Below, piece by piece: positions 24,313 to 38,209 of a stretch of 64,000 nucleotides of DNA. Source of the DNA: Lingula anatina (lineage: Eukaryota; Animalia; Brachiopoda); assembly GCA_051362555.1 (NCBI GenBank), contig CM120645.1, positions 18,290,001 to 18,354,000 of the forward strand. The letters run 5' to 3'. The notes beneath the pieces were generated by a model that was given only the letters and a program-made list of their open reading frames with translations, was not told where the DNA came from and did not search any database. The position numbers and the translations under genes were made by a program. The first letter of the stretch is position 1, and every line of letters begins with the position of its first letter.

Positions 24313-25500
24313 TCAATGAGACGAATCAAATGATACATTTCCTCGAGCAACTACAGGATTATTAACCCCTTCGGATTCTTGTACATATATTTATATACCT
24401 TGAGAAATGCCTATATATACATATATGTAAATATGCTGTGAAGCCTATACTTAAAAATATATACCATTCTGTTAACATTATGAAGCATGTGAACCACGTG
24501 ATTTCCATCCAATTTATTGCATCTGTGCACCACCTGCTATACATGTGTCCAGTTCTGGTTATAAGTTGACAATTTTTTTTCAACAAATTTTAATAATTTT
24601 CACAGCTAAAATGATGATGTTCCCTAAATGGTGCTTACGGTGAAGACGAGGGGTTGTCCATGACAAGAGAGGGATGTTTCTTTGAGAGATCTAATTGAAA
24701 ATGGAGACATTTTGGACCGAGATATTGACTCCTTAGTTTACAACCATTTAGAGATGATAAAGTGGATTTAGCAGATATTGTCTGAAAACTGGACAGCAGC
24801 AGTGACAGAGATTATTAGGAGAGTGTCAGTGACAACAACCATCCACAGATCAGTTTTCTGTATAAAAGTAAGTATGATGTATTTTATTTTTTAGCAGTAT
24901 TTTTTTTTTTATGTACTGAGTGTCTTAATTTTACATATTTATCTATGTTACAAAAGTGAGTGAAAAGCAAAAAAAAAAGTTTTTTCTGAATAGAAATTAG
25001 TGTGTCAAAATGTTATGTTCTTTGCTATCAGAAAATATTTTGTTTCATAGGCTTTATTTCAGAGAAAAAGGAATTATATCATATTGGTGATCAAGGTCAA
25101 TTGTTTTGTTTCAGTTGCTTATTAACAGGATTACTAGGCAACTTGCCCACTGCTAAATGGAATTCTGAAGGGGATGTGCCCAGCTTCTGCAGGCTTTTTC
25201 ACTTCCTTTCAAATATGACGGAATGAACACGGAAGTTTATCATCTACTAGCTACTCAAGGAGACATGTCATTTAGTCCATCTGATAACATTTAGCCAGAG
25301 TCCTTAAGGAGTTGGATCTATCTACATAGCATGATAGTTTCATTGGAAATGGCCCTATGAATAAAGATTATGCCATAATCATTAATTAAAATAGTACATA
25401 CTTGCATATTGTTTTAATAGAGTTTTATCTGGAAGCAACCTCCCATCCTGGAACCACCATGATTTCCTTGATTACACCTTAACCTTACCATCTCAACATA

Positions 25501-26048
25501 TACCCCATTCACACTACAGTTGCAAAAATGCGCATTTCTATAATTCAGATTTTTCGTGAGGAATCCGATTCGGTATTGCGTTCATACTCGTGAAGCGAAA
25601 TCGAATCCCATGTTGAAAATTTCAGGTTTAACTTCCTGTTTTGAACATTCGCGCATGCACCGCACAGGAAAACTCAAAATACCAACAAAAAAGTTTGACG
25701 GCAAATGTATCTCAAAAAGTCATTCCAGCATTCTTGGGAAGCATAAGATGGTAAAATAAGTTTGTTTCACATGTTGTAGTGAGTGGTGACCTCCAAACAC
25801 GTTTGGTGCAATCGCTAAAGTAATAAACAAGCGTTCATAGATACCCGCACTTATCTGCACACATGCGCAGTAAGATCTGTACAGGTGTCGATTCCGTTAT
25901 TCGGATCGCGCTTAGAAATCAACCTCGCTTGCAGGATTTTGAAAATTCGCATTACAGAAATCCTCTTGCGTTCACACTACTGCATTTATTCGAATTGTGA
26001 CCTAATTCGCAACTTATCCGGATAACTGAGCGTAGTGTGAATGGGGTA
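25501..26048. mobile_element. Harbinger-like MITE
   Basis: TACCCCATTCACACTAC ... GTAGTGTGAATGGGGTA, a 17-bp TIR. An extra inverted terminal fragment lies at ~26230-26313. Confidence 0.8.
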
Positions 26049-26488
26049 TTAGAAAATGATCTTTGGAATCCCTAGAAATAACAATCATCTGCCTCATACC
26101 AGCCTGATCCTTTTGGTCATTTATTTCCCTCTAGCTATAGAGCATAACTCTTGGAACATGAATTCCATTTTTGCATTGGTGCTAGGATACCTGTCATCCT
26201 TGTGGTAATAAAAACCAATGACTCTAATACTGCGTTCACACCGAACCAAATATATCACGAAAAATTTGGATTATAGAAATGCGCATTTTCGCAACTGTAG
26301 TGTGAATGGGGTATAAGAAATTTCAGATGCCTCCTTGTATGTGTAGACCATACCAAGATGCCTTATTAGATGAGAAAACTGCACATAAATCCATGTGTAT
26401 CATATAAACACTGAAGGTCATCAACAAGCAACAATGCCTTCTCTAGTGTACAGAGACACAAATTCTATTGCAGAGAAGTCAGGATTTG

Positions 26489-26519
<31 letters not shown>

Positions 26520-26874
26520 GTGATGATTTTCCACTTAATCATTAAATCATACATCATATTGCAACAAGATTGACAAAAAACTATTTTGTGCACTGCCATC
26601 ATGAATGCATATAAAGGCAAACTGTGTTTTTTGTTTTTTTTTATTTACAAGAATGATTCGTACGTAGAATTGACATTCATTTAGACATAAAACATTGAAA
26701 AAGAATTGCTGTTTTTATCCAAAAATTGCTTTACTGTGTTAAAACCAGTTTTTACCATTGTACCTTTTTGAAAAGGAGTGACCAAAAAGTCATTATTTTG
26801 AAAAATATTTTCCCCCCTTCAACCTTTGAGAAAAATAAAACTTGTTTGAGAAACAAGTAATTAAAAAATACCTT

Positions 26875-27255
26875 GAATGCAACAAACGTTGCTAAGTGCG
26901 TAATTTGTTAAATATGCCCCGTCCACTTTATAATGCAAGGTTGCAATTAGGCTTATCTTGATCCCTCTCCTTTATCAGGAGGTATGTTTCTTATCAAAAA
27001 GACAATTCTCAACTTACTTTTCAGGTAAGTTCATATAAGTTAATCAAGATGCAATATTATTTACCACCAGAAAAAGACTTAGGAAGTGATAAATATCTCA
27101 CAAGGATAAAAGCTGATAAGGATAAAAGCCTGAAGGTTGGAGTTTTGAAAATATTGTCATACCCAAGAGTCGGGGAGATGAAATTTTTTTTTTTAATCGT
27201 CGGATTTACACAATCCAAAATATTAATTAATTTTTAAGCAACAAAATTTTTACCG
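26875..27255 (-). mobile_element. Partial inverted copy of the left part of the 5698 element
   Basis: Reverse complement of ~5715-6121. Confidence 0.85.
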
Positions 27256-29734
27256 AACCTAAGTAACATGGTTTTCCCTTATGTTCATCATGGCTGCAGT
27301 GTCCAAAAAAAGGGTTTTATTTCAATTTTGATGCAATACTACATAAGGCTCAACAGCCCAATGACCATCAATTTTTAATAATAAAACATAAGTATCATGG
27401 ATATTCAGAAATTGTGATTAGCAAAGGTCTTCAAGCCAAAGTAGGTTCAAAGTCACAACTTACAATTTTTAATGTCCAATGTGCTCCATTCTGAGATTCT
27501 GAATCTAGTGAGGGATTGAACGTGACAAACTACACTGATGGGTTTATTTCCTTATCTGACTATTTATTACACAATACATGATAACAAACTAACCAATATT
27601 TTTTATATAATCAGCTAATAATATTGTTAAGATACAAAAAATGTTAAAAGAACACTTTTGCCTAAGTTGTTGAATTAAACATTACTACCTCAAAATCCCT
27701 CTTTGGGAATTGCACTGCAAGCCTTTAAATGGGTTGCCCTATTTGATCCCTGGACTAGTTAGTCTGCTTTTGTGCAGCTATAGTCTTATTCACCTAATTG
27801 TTACAAATGAACTTCAGGAGAAGCTTTTATTTCCAACTTAAATGTCCAAATCAATAACTTGCCTAGCATCTGAACAGAAATGCCAGTGCCATTTTTCACA
27901 ACAAATCACATGAAAAACTTTTGGATGGGTATTAGTTATTCACATAAAAACACATACTGCTCTTACAACAACTTTATACTGATTGAATGCTATATTTTTC
28001 ACAAAATACTTTGATCATAATTCTTAAAAGGGGGAGTGAATATTTTTTTCTACTTTGGGGACAAATACCCAACTTAATTTTCTCTACCTTCATTTTATCA
28101 TTTTAACTACTGCTAAATATCAGATACGGAAATAAAATTATTCATTTTTCTTTAAAAATTGTCACTATTGCAATGATGATTTTGACGTTTCTTGTTATAA
28201 CAACAATTTCTTTATTCCTCTATAGATTCCCTTTCATGCATACAGCAACACCTGTACCCAATCCCTGGGCCTGATATCCAATACCCCTCCAGTGCTTTCA
28301 ATTACCACCAAAGGTTTGGCAGGTTAATTGTTATCACAAAGCAAGAAGATTAAATATATCAAGCTGTATATCCCATCTATCCTCCATTTTTCACCACTGT
28401 CCAGTCATGCACCTACCATAATCATGTTCCTGTCCTTGTTTTAAATATTAGAACATAACAGCTGAGAGGTACTTCACAAGCATTTTCATTCAAACCACTG
28501 ATACTTCAAGCAAAGCTTCTTGAATCCCCAATTTGTAAGCTACATACCTAACAGTAGACCTTGAAAGGCAGTAGAGCACAATTTTGATTGCTCACAGAAC
28601 AGAAGACATCTTGCAGAACTGAAAAAATACAGAATTCTCCCAACCATTACATGAACTTAACTTGGTTCTGGCTGGGGTCGCTCTGCACTTGTCAATTTCG
28701 CCGATTGTGAAAACAAATTGACTTTGGTGAAAAAATTGAAAAATGAGCATAGTAATTTTGCCAAATTGATGAAAACATATCTGTTCAAGACAGGTACAAA
28801 AACTTGCCATAACTGTTCGTCACAACTGTGAAAATGTTTCTGCTTATAATGCTATCAAGACTGATTCCAGAAACAAGCATTCAGGGAAAAATATGCAAAA
28901 TATGACGCTCTTTTACTTGTGTTCTCCAGAAATTGAGGATTTGACTATGACAGTGTTTTGGACATTTGGACAGATTGACAGATATTAGTTTGCCTTTGTT
29001 TTTTTTTCTCAAAAATTGGTTTGCTTTTCTGTCATTCTTTTTTGCAATGTATTGCTGTATGTACTTAAAATAACAAATAAATATTGGTTTAATTTCTTTA
29101 AATAGTCATTTATTTTATTTGGCTCAAAATAATATCACTTGGCTAAAAATTGATTTAACCAAAGTTTTTCTGAAGTTTGACTAAAGCCAAAAAAATCCTC
29201 AAGCTACATCAGACTGGAGTCTGTGACTGACAACAATTACAACTGATATACTTTGTTCTTAAAACAATTTCATATACAATGTTACTACAGTAATGTGCCA
29301 TGAATTTTGAACACCTAAATTTCAAACAATCTTAAAAATTGGCAGTCTGGAGTTTTTTTATGGACCATGAATTTCAGCCAGTAAGCAATTTTGAGCGATG
29401 TTGATTTCATGAATTTCGTACACCTTAAAATCGGCCACCGGGCTATTTTCACGCTTATAAAGATCTAACAGTCGGCAATGTTGCCCTAGCGTACCTATAC
29501 CTGAGTACTACGTGTGCGGCCCAAGGTGCAAGATAACGATCTGTACAGTTAGTTTAGGACGCTAAACATCATCGTCATATCCATTCATTCAGATAACAGA
29601 ATCTATTAAGAGTTGTACTGTTGTTTCTTTACCGCAGTATTCGGTGTGAGATAGCGATCGGTAGTTTTGCTGAGGCGCACAATAGCATTGTTAACAGTAG
29701 AGACTTCAGTAACTGAACAAAAGAGCAATATTAA

Positions 29735-30907
29735 CTCATTGTCCCCTGCAGTGACTGCTGCATGATCCCCTACAGCCATTAACACCAAATCTGGCCACCA
29801 CCATGTGGTGGCGCCACTGTCAGCACTCTCCTATATCCCTGAGGAAATTCAATATGGCCTTTTTCTAGGTCTGTTGTTTTGTTTGTTTCAAATTTTCAGG
29901 GTTCTTAAGGCATGAAATTGGTATATTATGAAATTATTTATAAGTGGACATATTCAAAATATTGCTATTTATTGAATGGGGAAGAAGTCGGAATAATTTG
30001 GTCTATAAAAATTGAACAATGAATATAAGTTCAACAACTGTCTATAAATAAATAAAATATACATCATAATACTTATTTAGATTATATTAACAGGTACAAA
30101 AAAAGAAAATTCTACAAAATATGATTAAAAGATGAGCATCAGATTACAAAAAAATATATTTATTATCTATATTATGCAGTTGTGATAAGATAAGCATCAA
30201 CTTAAAAATACCGCATGAATCCTGACACCGAGACATGCTTTTAGTTGTTCTTTCCATTTAGAGTCATTGTATGTTGCATATGCATTTATATTTTCCAACA
30301 ATTTGTTCAGTATTTCATCAGATAAGAACAGTTTTTAAAGTCTAGTTCGTCTTTGTCACCCGTCAGTTCATGTGTGAATCCAGGCAGTTCACCACAGAAA
30401 TGCTCCTTGTCCACCTCCCACAGATCGTTTTCCCACTGACTTCTTCTAAAATCTTCACTAATGCTGCCTAATTCACTTTCAGACTATGTCTGTAAAGTGT
30501 TATTCAAAAGAAATATAGCTCAAATTATGGCTGTCAGACTCACTGTCACTAACAAATCCCGAAAATTCAGACCCAGAGCTCTCATCAAAAATACTCTGTA
30601 TTTCCTCCATGTGTAGATTTCCCGCAACCCTCAAAATGTTTACATTTTGTTCTATAGTACTCTCCTTTTTATTGGCCAAAAGAAAAGCAACAACCAATCA
30701 GAAAATGAGCTATTTAAAACTTACCAATCAAAGTTTCTTTCTCATGCCGTCATATGAAGTCGCTAGGCAAGGGCCCCGCCATATTGGATGCCGTCATGTG
30801 ACGGCAGTCGGGAATGGGTACTATTAATATTACGACGTCAAATGACGACGCTAGGGATAAAAATAAGAAAACATTGTCGGCAAATGACGGCGGTAGGGGA
30901 CAATGAG
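29735..30907 (-). mobile_element. piggyBac-like non-autonomous element
   Basis: TTAA|CTCATTGTCCCCT ... AGGGGACAATGAG|TTAA, with the empty site GCAATATTAAGAGCTG visible at ~31380. It carries an acidic N-terminal remnant, MEEIQSIFDESSGSEFSGFVSDSESD. Confidence 0.85.
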
Positions 30908-30929
30908 TTAAGAGCTGCAATAAAGATTA

Positions 30930-33900
30930 CGGTAAAGTGCCATGAATTTCGAACGGCTCTTAAATTTCGAACGATCTTAAAATTGGCCGTCTGGAGTTTT
31001 TTCTGGACCATGAATTTCGGCCAGTCAGCAATTTTGCGCGATCTTGATTTCGTGAATTTCGTACACCTTAAAATCGGCCACCGGGCTATTCTCGCGCTTG
31101 TAAAGATCTAACAGTCGGCAATGTTGCCCTAGCGTACCTTTACCTGAGTACTACGTGTGCGGCCCAAGGTGCAATATAACGATCAGTACAGTTAGTTTAG
31201 GACGCTAAACAACATCGTCATATCCATTCATTCAGATAACAGGAGAATCTATTAAGAGTTGTACTGTCGGGCTGTTGTTTCTTTACCGCAGTATTCGGTG
31301 TGAGATAGCGATCGGTAGTTTTGCTGAGGCGCACAATAGCACTGTTAACAGTAGAGACTTCAGTAACAGAACAAAAGAGCAATATTAAGAGCTGCAATAA
31401 AGATTACCATTATTGCTTTCTTGTCTCGCTCAGATCGTTCACGATCTCCCGCTGACGATCTTCCGCTAATGAGGTCCCTTGAAATGTACAAATGAAATGA
31501 AAAATATTTTTAAAAATTATAATTCCAATGGGGAGGGATAGAGGGTTAAAAACAATCGAGAATGATCTCCGGCTGACGATCTGCCGCAAACGAAAGGCAC
31601 TGAACGAGTATGAGCTTTCTCGTTTCACTCGGATTGCGACGCTGATGATACGAAAATTGCGTTCTCGTCTCGCCCTTTGGCTTACGAAGTCTCTTTAACA
31701 AATATGAAAATTGCCTCCTGGTCTCTCTCGGATTGCGAACGATCTCTCGCTGAAAATTTGAAATTTTCCTTTTTGTCAATCAGCTTTGTCAGTTGCCGTG
31801 CGTATGAAGGTCCGGAAGGTGTCCCCTTTCACAAATTGGCCTGTAGTTTGCTTAGTGTTTTGTACCGCATGAAGGTCACTCTTGTCACTGCTGCATACGG
31901 CGTGGAATGTGTATCTTAAGGTTCATAGAAACATTTTATTGTGTTTTGTAAGCTTTAGGAAGTAGTTTCGTCGTGACTGAATATCAGCGTACACTACAAA
32001 GTAGTACCATTCATCTGTGACGCATCATAAAAGCTAGGTACGTCAAATTACTCTAAGAAAATTTCTTACAACGTCCACGGCTGTCCCGACAAGCCAAGAC
32101 GTCATTAAAAAAAAAGTCGCAAGCCGTCTAGCCGTCTTTGAAAATATAGGCCGTCCGGTGATGTCAGCGGCCGTCCAAATGACGGTTGGACGGTTCGCTG
32201 GGAAAAGCCTTGCTCATAAGGGTATATTTATTTAACTAGGGGCTTACTGACATCACCCAGCTTACATGCGGGTGCATGCCTCCCAAAATTATATTAAAGG
32301 ATAAAATTGTAATATATCTAAGTATAATTGTTTGTAAATTTTGTAAAAATTGCCCATGCCACCCCGTTAGTTTGGAGGGTTAAGCTGGATCAAGTCCGTG
32401 TCAAAATTCTTTGAAACTTTGCAGGAAAAATCAATCTTCCTTTGTTTCTCTGGCTCCTTGTTTATCCCGATGATCAAATTTATCTAGTGCCCCCAGGTCT
32501 GCTGGAGCAGCTCTTTGAAATAATACACAGGTAGATTTTTATCTGAGATAAATATCGCGTTCGATACACTCAAGACAAAAGCTACCTGTGAGCTGAAGGA
32601 CACTTTACCCTTTATTTAAGAGGTAAAGCAAGTTCCAGCTAGATAGACGATTAAGATCGGACTTCAGATGGTAACTAGTATTGTTTACCTCAGTTCTGTG
32701 AAAGCTAACGAGAAGGGTGTCAGAACAATGGTGCATATATATAAATTATACAGAGAATTTGTACATTCAGGTGACATTAACTTATAATCGAAGGGGATTT
32801 TCGATAATATTCCTTGAAAAGTACACTAGATTTATAGAGAAAAATATCATGGTTGGCCAAAAAATTATATACGCACAGTGTATCCGTGCGTATGCCTGGT
32901 TACGCCCCTGTCGCAAACCAGCAAACCATATCCTGCTGACTACATGAAAATTGCCTTCTAGCATGGACAAAAAGTCCAAGCTTCTATGCTTGCTCGGATC
33001 GCTGACGATCTCTTGCTGACGAATATAGTAACGAAGTCCCTTGAACTAGTGTGGAAATTGGCTTATTATCGCGCTCAGATCGCTCACTATCTCGGCCCTG
33101 CACCCCCCCCCCCAAACCTAGTATATTTGATCGCAGACAACAATCAGCGGTCATCTTGGTCGCAGCGCACGACGGAGAGAGACCGTAATACACAGTTCGG
33201 CTGCCGTGGCGAAGGCTACCTGTGCGCCGCACATACCGATCTGCGGTCGTAGTGGCCTCCCCGCACGGAGGAGAGGCCGTAGTGCCGAGGCCGGCTTCTG
33301 CAGGGAAGGCCACGTATGCGTCGGAGACACCGACCCGCGAACGGCGAGATGAGGACGCATTCGCGCGTAAAGCTCCGCCCGACTTTAACGGTAAAGGCAA
33401 CGAACCTGGTCGCGGAAGACACTTATCGCAGATGAAGGCTACCTGCACGTGCGCCATAGACACTGATCGGCTGCCGTCTCCGTTTCAGTGCACGGAAAGG
33501 AGCAACGGTAACACTAAGCTTCCATAGTAAAGGTTATCTGGCCGTGGCAGACGCTAATCGTCGGCCGTCTCGCCCTCCGTCCACTCCCGTTCTGAGCGCC
33601 AGGATCGTTTTTGAAAAACGACACTAGTTTCTGGCTGCCAGAATCGCTTTTGAAAAACGACACTACTGATAACAATGCTGTTTTGCGGCCCTAGACAAGA
33701 GTACCGCTCTATCTATGGGCCATACACAGTGATCGGGTGAAAGTACGTGTATACCTTTGGTCGCAATTACCGACACTCACACATCATACATTATGGTAAC
33801 TCTAAATAGATCGTCGGGAGAAGATAACAGAAGGCCTAGCGACGAACAGACAACTTCCGGTCAAAATTGACAGAATTCCATGAAATTCGAACTTTCAGGA

Positions 33901-33994
33901 GTTCTGAGCACCTCCTTTTCATGAATTTCGGCCAGAACGATCTTTTCCCAAATTTAATTATTTTTTACTGTTCGAAATTCATGGCACATTACCG
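30930..33994 (+). mobile_element. Young 3065-bp pogo/Tc1-like non-autonomous element (inner copy)
   Basis: TA|CGGTAAAGTGCCATGAATTTCGAAC ... GTTCGAAATTCATGGCACATTACCG|TA. Confidence 0.92.
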
Positions 33995-36900
33995 TACCAT
34001 TATTGCTTTCTTGTCTCGCTCAGATCGTTCACAATCTCCCGCTGACGATCTTCCCTTAATTAAGTCCCTTGAAATGTACAAATGAAATGGAAAATATTTT
34101 AAAAAATTATAAATTCCAATGGGGAGGGAGGGTTAAAAACAATTGAGAACGATCTCCGGCTGACGATCTTCCGCAAACGAAAGCCACTGAACGAGTATGA
34201 GTCTCTCGTTTCACTCGGATTGCGAACAATCTCCTGCTGATGATACGAAAATTGCGTTCTCGTCTCGCCCTTTGTAGTTTCGTCATGACTGAATATCAGC
34301 GTACACTACAAAGTAGTACCATTCATCTGTGACGCATCATAAAAGCTATGTACCTCAAATTACTCTAAGAAAATTTCTTACAACGTCCACGGCTGTCCCG
34401 ACAAGCCAAGACGTCATTAAAAAAAAGTCGCCAGCCGTCTAGCCGTCTTTGAAAATATAGGCCGTCCGGTGATGTCAGCGGCCGTCCAAATGACGGCTGG
34501 ACGGTTCACTGGGAAAAGCCTTGCTCATAAGGGTATATTTATTTAACTAGCGGCTTACTGACATCACCCAGCTTACATGCGGGTGCATGCCTCCAAAATC
34601 ATATTAAAGGATAAAATTGTAATATATTTAAGTTTAATTGTTTGTAAATTTTGTAAAAAATTACCCATGCCACCCCGTTAGTTTGGAGGGTTAAGCTTGA
34701 TCAAGTCCGTGTCAAAATTCTTTGAAGCTTTGCAGGAAAAAATCAATCTTCCTTTGTTTCTCTGGCTCCTTGTTTAGCCGATGATCAGATTTATCTAGTG
34801 CCCCCAGGTCTGCTGGAGCAGCTCTTTGAAAATAACACACAGGTAGATTTTTATCTGAGATAAATATCGCCATCGAGAGTGCGTTCGACACTCAAGACAA
34901 ATGCTACCTGTGAGCTGAAGGGCACTTTACCCTCTAATTAAGAGGTAAAGCAAGTTCCAGCTAGATGGACGATTAAGATCGGACTTCAGATGGTAACTAG
35001 TATTGTTTACCTCAGTTCTGTGAAAGCAAATGAGAAGGGTGTCAGAACAATGGTGCATATATAACTTATACAGAGGATTTGTACATTCAGGTGAAGTTAA
35101 CTTATAATAGAAGGGGATTTTCGATAATATTCCTTGAAAAGTACACTAGATTTATAGAGAATAATATCATGGTTGGCCAAAAATTTATATGCACAGTGTA
35201 TCCGTGCGTATGCCTGGTTACGCCCCTGTCGCAAACCATATCCTGCTGACTACATGAAAATTGCCTTCTAGCATGGACAAAAAGTCCAAGCTTCTATGCT
35301 TGCTCGGATCGCTGACGATCTCTTGCTGACGAATACAGTAACGAAGTCCCGTGAATTAGTGTGGAAATTGGCTTATTGTCGCGCTCAGATCGCTCAAGAT
35401 CTCCCATTGACGATCTTCCAGTCCCTTAAACGAATATAAAAACTGCCTTTTCGGTTTATACTAGATAACCTATCTCTCGCGTGTTTGTTTGAAGATGGTT
35501 TAAATGACAAAACGTACACACTTTTCAAATGCGTACATTGACGCAACTATGCGCCAGGAAATCAGTTGCTGCTTCTGGTCAAGATTGGGTTGCCTGAGCG
35601 AAAAAAAAAAAAACCCCGCCCTTCACACCCCCCCCCCCCCCCCCCCCCCCCAAACCAAGTATATTTGATCGCAGACAACAATCAGCGGTCATCTTGGTCG
35701 CAGCGCACGACGGAGAGAGATCGTAATACACAGTTCGGCTGCCGTGGCGAAGGCTACCTGTGCGCATACCGATCTGCGGTTGTAGTGGCCTCCCCGCATG
35801 GAGGAGAGAGGCCGTAGTGCCGAGGCGGGCTTCTGCAGGGAAGGCTACGTATGCGTCGAAGACACCGACCCGCGCACGGCGAGATCAGACAGCTTAGGAC
35901 GCAAAACTACATCGTCATCACCAATCCCTAAGATAACAGGAGAATCAATTAAGAGCTGTACTGTCCCACTATGTGAGATAGTGATCAGTAGTTTTGCTGA
36001 GGCACACAATAACATTGTCAACAATAGGGATTTTAGTAACAGAACAAAAAGAAGCTATTAAGAGCTGCCAAAAAGATTGGAATTATTGCTTTCTTGTCTC
36101 GCTTGGATTAATCACAATCTGGATTAATCACAATCTTCTTTGAATAAATATTAAAATTGCCTTCTCGCTTGGCTAGGATTGCTAACCATCTCTCTTGAAG
36201 TAGTATTGCCTTATCGTCGAGCTCAAATCGCTCACGATCTCCTATTAAGGATCTTTCAGTCCCTTGAACGAATATGAAAATTGCCTTCTTGTCTTGCTCA
36301 GACAAATATGAAAATTGCCTTTTGGGTTTCGTCTTGAATACATATCACTCATGTGTTTGTTTAAAAATGGTTTAAATGACAAAATGCACACACTTTTTAA
36401 ATGTGTGCATTGACACCACGGTGTTCCAAGAAATCAGTTGTGTTGTCAGACAAGATTGGGTTGCCTGAGCAAAAAAGTGGTTACAAGATGCAACCACACA
36501 ACCATTGATATAAAGCCCTACAGCAGGGGCCATAAACCACTCTCTCCGACCTAGTATATTTGATCATAAACAACAATCATGGGTCATCTTGGTTGCAGCG
36601 CACCACAGAGAATGACCACAATACACAGTTCGGCTATCATGGTAAAGGCTACCTGTGCACCATACATACCGATCTGCGGTTGTAGTGGCCTCCCTGCTGG
36701 CAGAGAGAGACCATAATTCTGCAGTGAAGGCTACATATGAGTAGACAATGACTGGAGCACAGCAAGGTAAGGCCGCACTCGGGCGTAAAGCTCCGCCCAA
36801 CTTCAATGGTAAAGGCAACCAACCTGGTCGCAGTTGACTCTAATCGACGATGAAGGCTACATGTGCACCATAGACAACGATCAGCTATTATCTCGGCTTC

Positions 36901-38209
36901 AGCGCACAGAGAGAGCAACAGTAAAACTAAGCTTGGCTTCCATGGTGAAGATTATCTGGTCAGGGTAGAAGCTAATCACCAGCCGTCTCTTTCTCTATTG
37001 ACTCTGGTTCTGAGCGCCAGGATTGTTATTGAAAAACATCACTAGTTTTGACTGCCAGAATCTCTTTTAAAATAGGACACTGCTGATTACGATTCTGTTT
37101 TAGGTCCCTTGTCAACAGTACCAATCATTATCTAGCACCTTGGGCCAGACACAGTGAATATGTTAAAGAACTTGTAATTTTTGGATCGCAATTACCAACA
37201 CTCACCATTTATACAAGATCGTCAGGAAAAGATAACATAAAGCCTAGCAAGGGGCAGACAACTTCCAGTCAAAAATGACAGCATTTCATGAAATTCGAAC
37301 ATCTGGTATTTCTGAGCACCTCCCATTTCATGAATTTCAATCAAACCAATCTTTTCCTTATTTCAATTCATTTCTTCTGTACAAAATTCATGGCACATTA
37401 CCATAACTTCAGGGACATGGGAATTTATATTATCATCTGGAGTAAACACTAAAGCTGGAAAATATACAAATACCAAACTACAAAAGCCAATGCAAAAATA
37501 TTTACAAAAAATAAAAAAATCAACTTAAGGATCTGAGAAGTGATACCACCAGAGGGAGTAAGTACATCTAAGTTTAGAGGAAGGTTAGGATGTATGTGTG
37601 TTTGTTGTGGAGAACTAGGGTTGGGTGAATATGATGGCAGTATGGATACAACTCTGCCAGTTTTGGAGATATAAGGGTCGGAAAATTTACAAAGTTCAGG
37701 TCAAGGAAAAAACTAAGTTAAAGGTCAAATTCCAGGTCACATTATGTTTGTCCATAAAAATAACTATGGGCAAATCTTTGCCAGTTTTGGAGATGTAAGG
37801 GTCTAAAATTTTGTGAAGGTTCAGTCCATGGTGAAAAGTAGGTCAAAAGTCAAATCCAGTGTCACAATAAGATTGCCCATATATTACCAATGTATAACTA
37901 GCATTTAAACAGGCATACAAAGCGGTTTTAGGTGGAAATGATACACAAAACAGCACTTTCATAACATCAAACACTCCAAATAAACAAGATCTATTTGAAA
38001 TAGAAATAAAGAACGAAAAATTGCATTTATATCCAGCGATTGAAACATACCTTGCATGTCACATGACTCAGATACTAACATATGAATGAATGGGCGGGAA
38101 GAAGTATGGGAAAATTGCTCAACCTACTTTACATCAGTGAAGGCTAAGTGAGCAAGCGTTCCACATGACTGTCCTTATTTAACAAAACAATGCAGCAGAT
38201 GATGAAAAA

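Larger units (their letters stand above)
29288..37403 (+). mobile_element. Composite pogo/Tc1-like non-autonomous element (outer copy or copies)
   Basis: TA|CAGTAATGTGCCATGAATTTTG ... CAAAATTCATGGCACATTACCA|TA. The interior is homologous to 30930-33994. Confidence 0.85.

Noticed and set aside
28170-28870. Possible upstream exon or retroelement relic
   Set aside because: I could not recognise a protein motif or a consistent pair of splice sites by eye. BLASTX or RNA-seq is needed.
32984-33527. Overlapping 88-159 aa ORFs as a novel gene
   Set aside because: They are expected in GC-rich TE cargo, and the frames are not preserved in the copies at 35650 and 36550.
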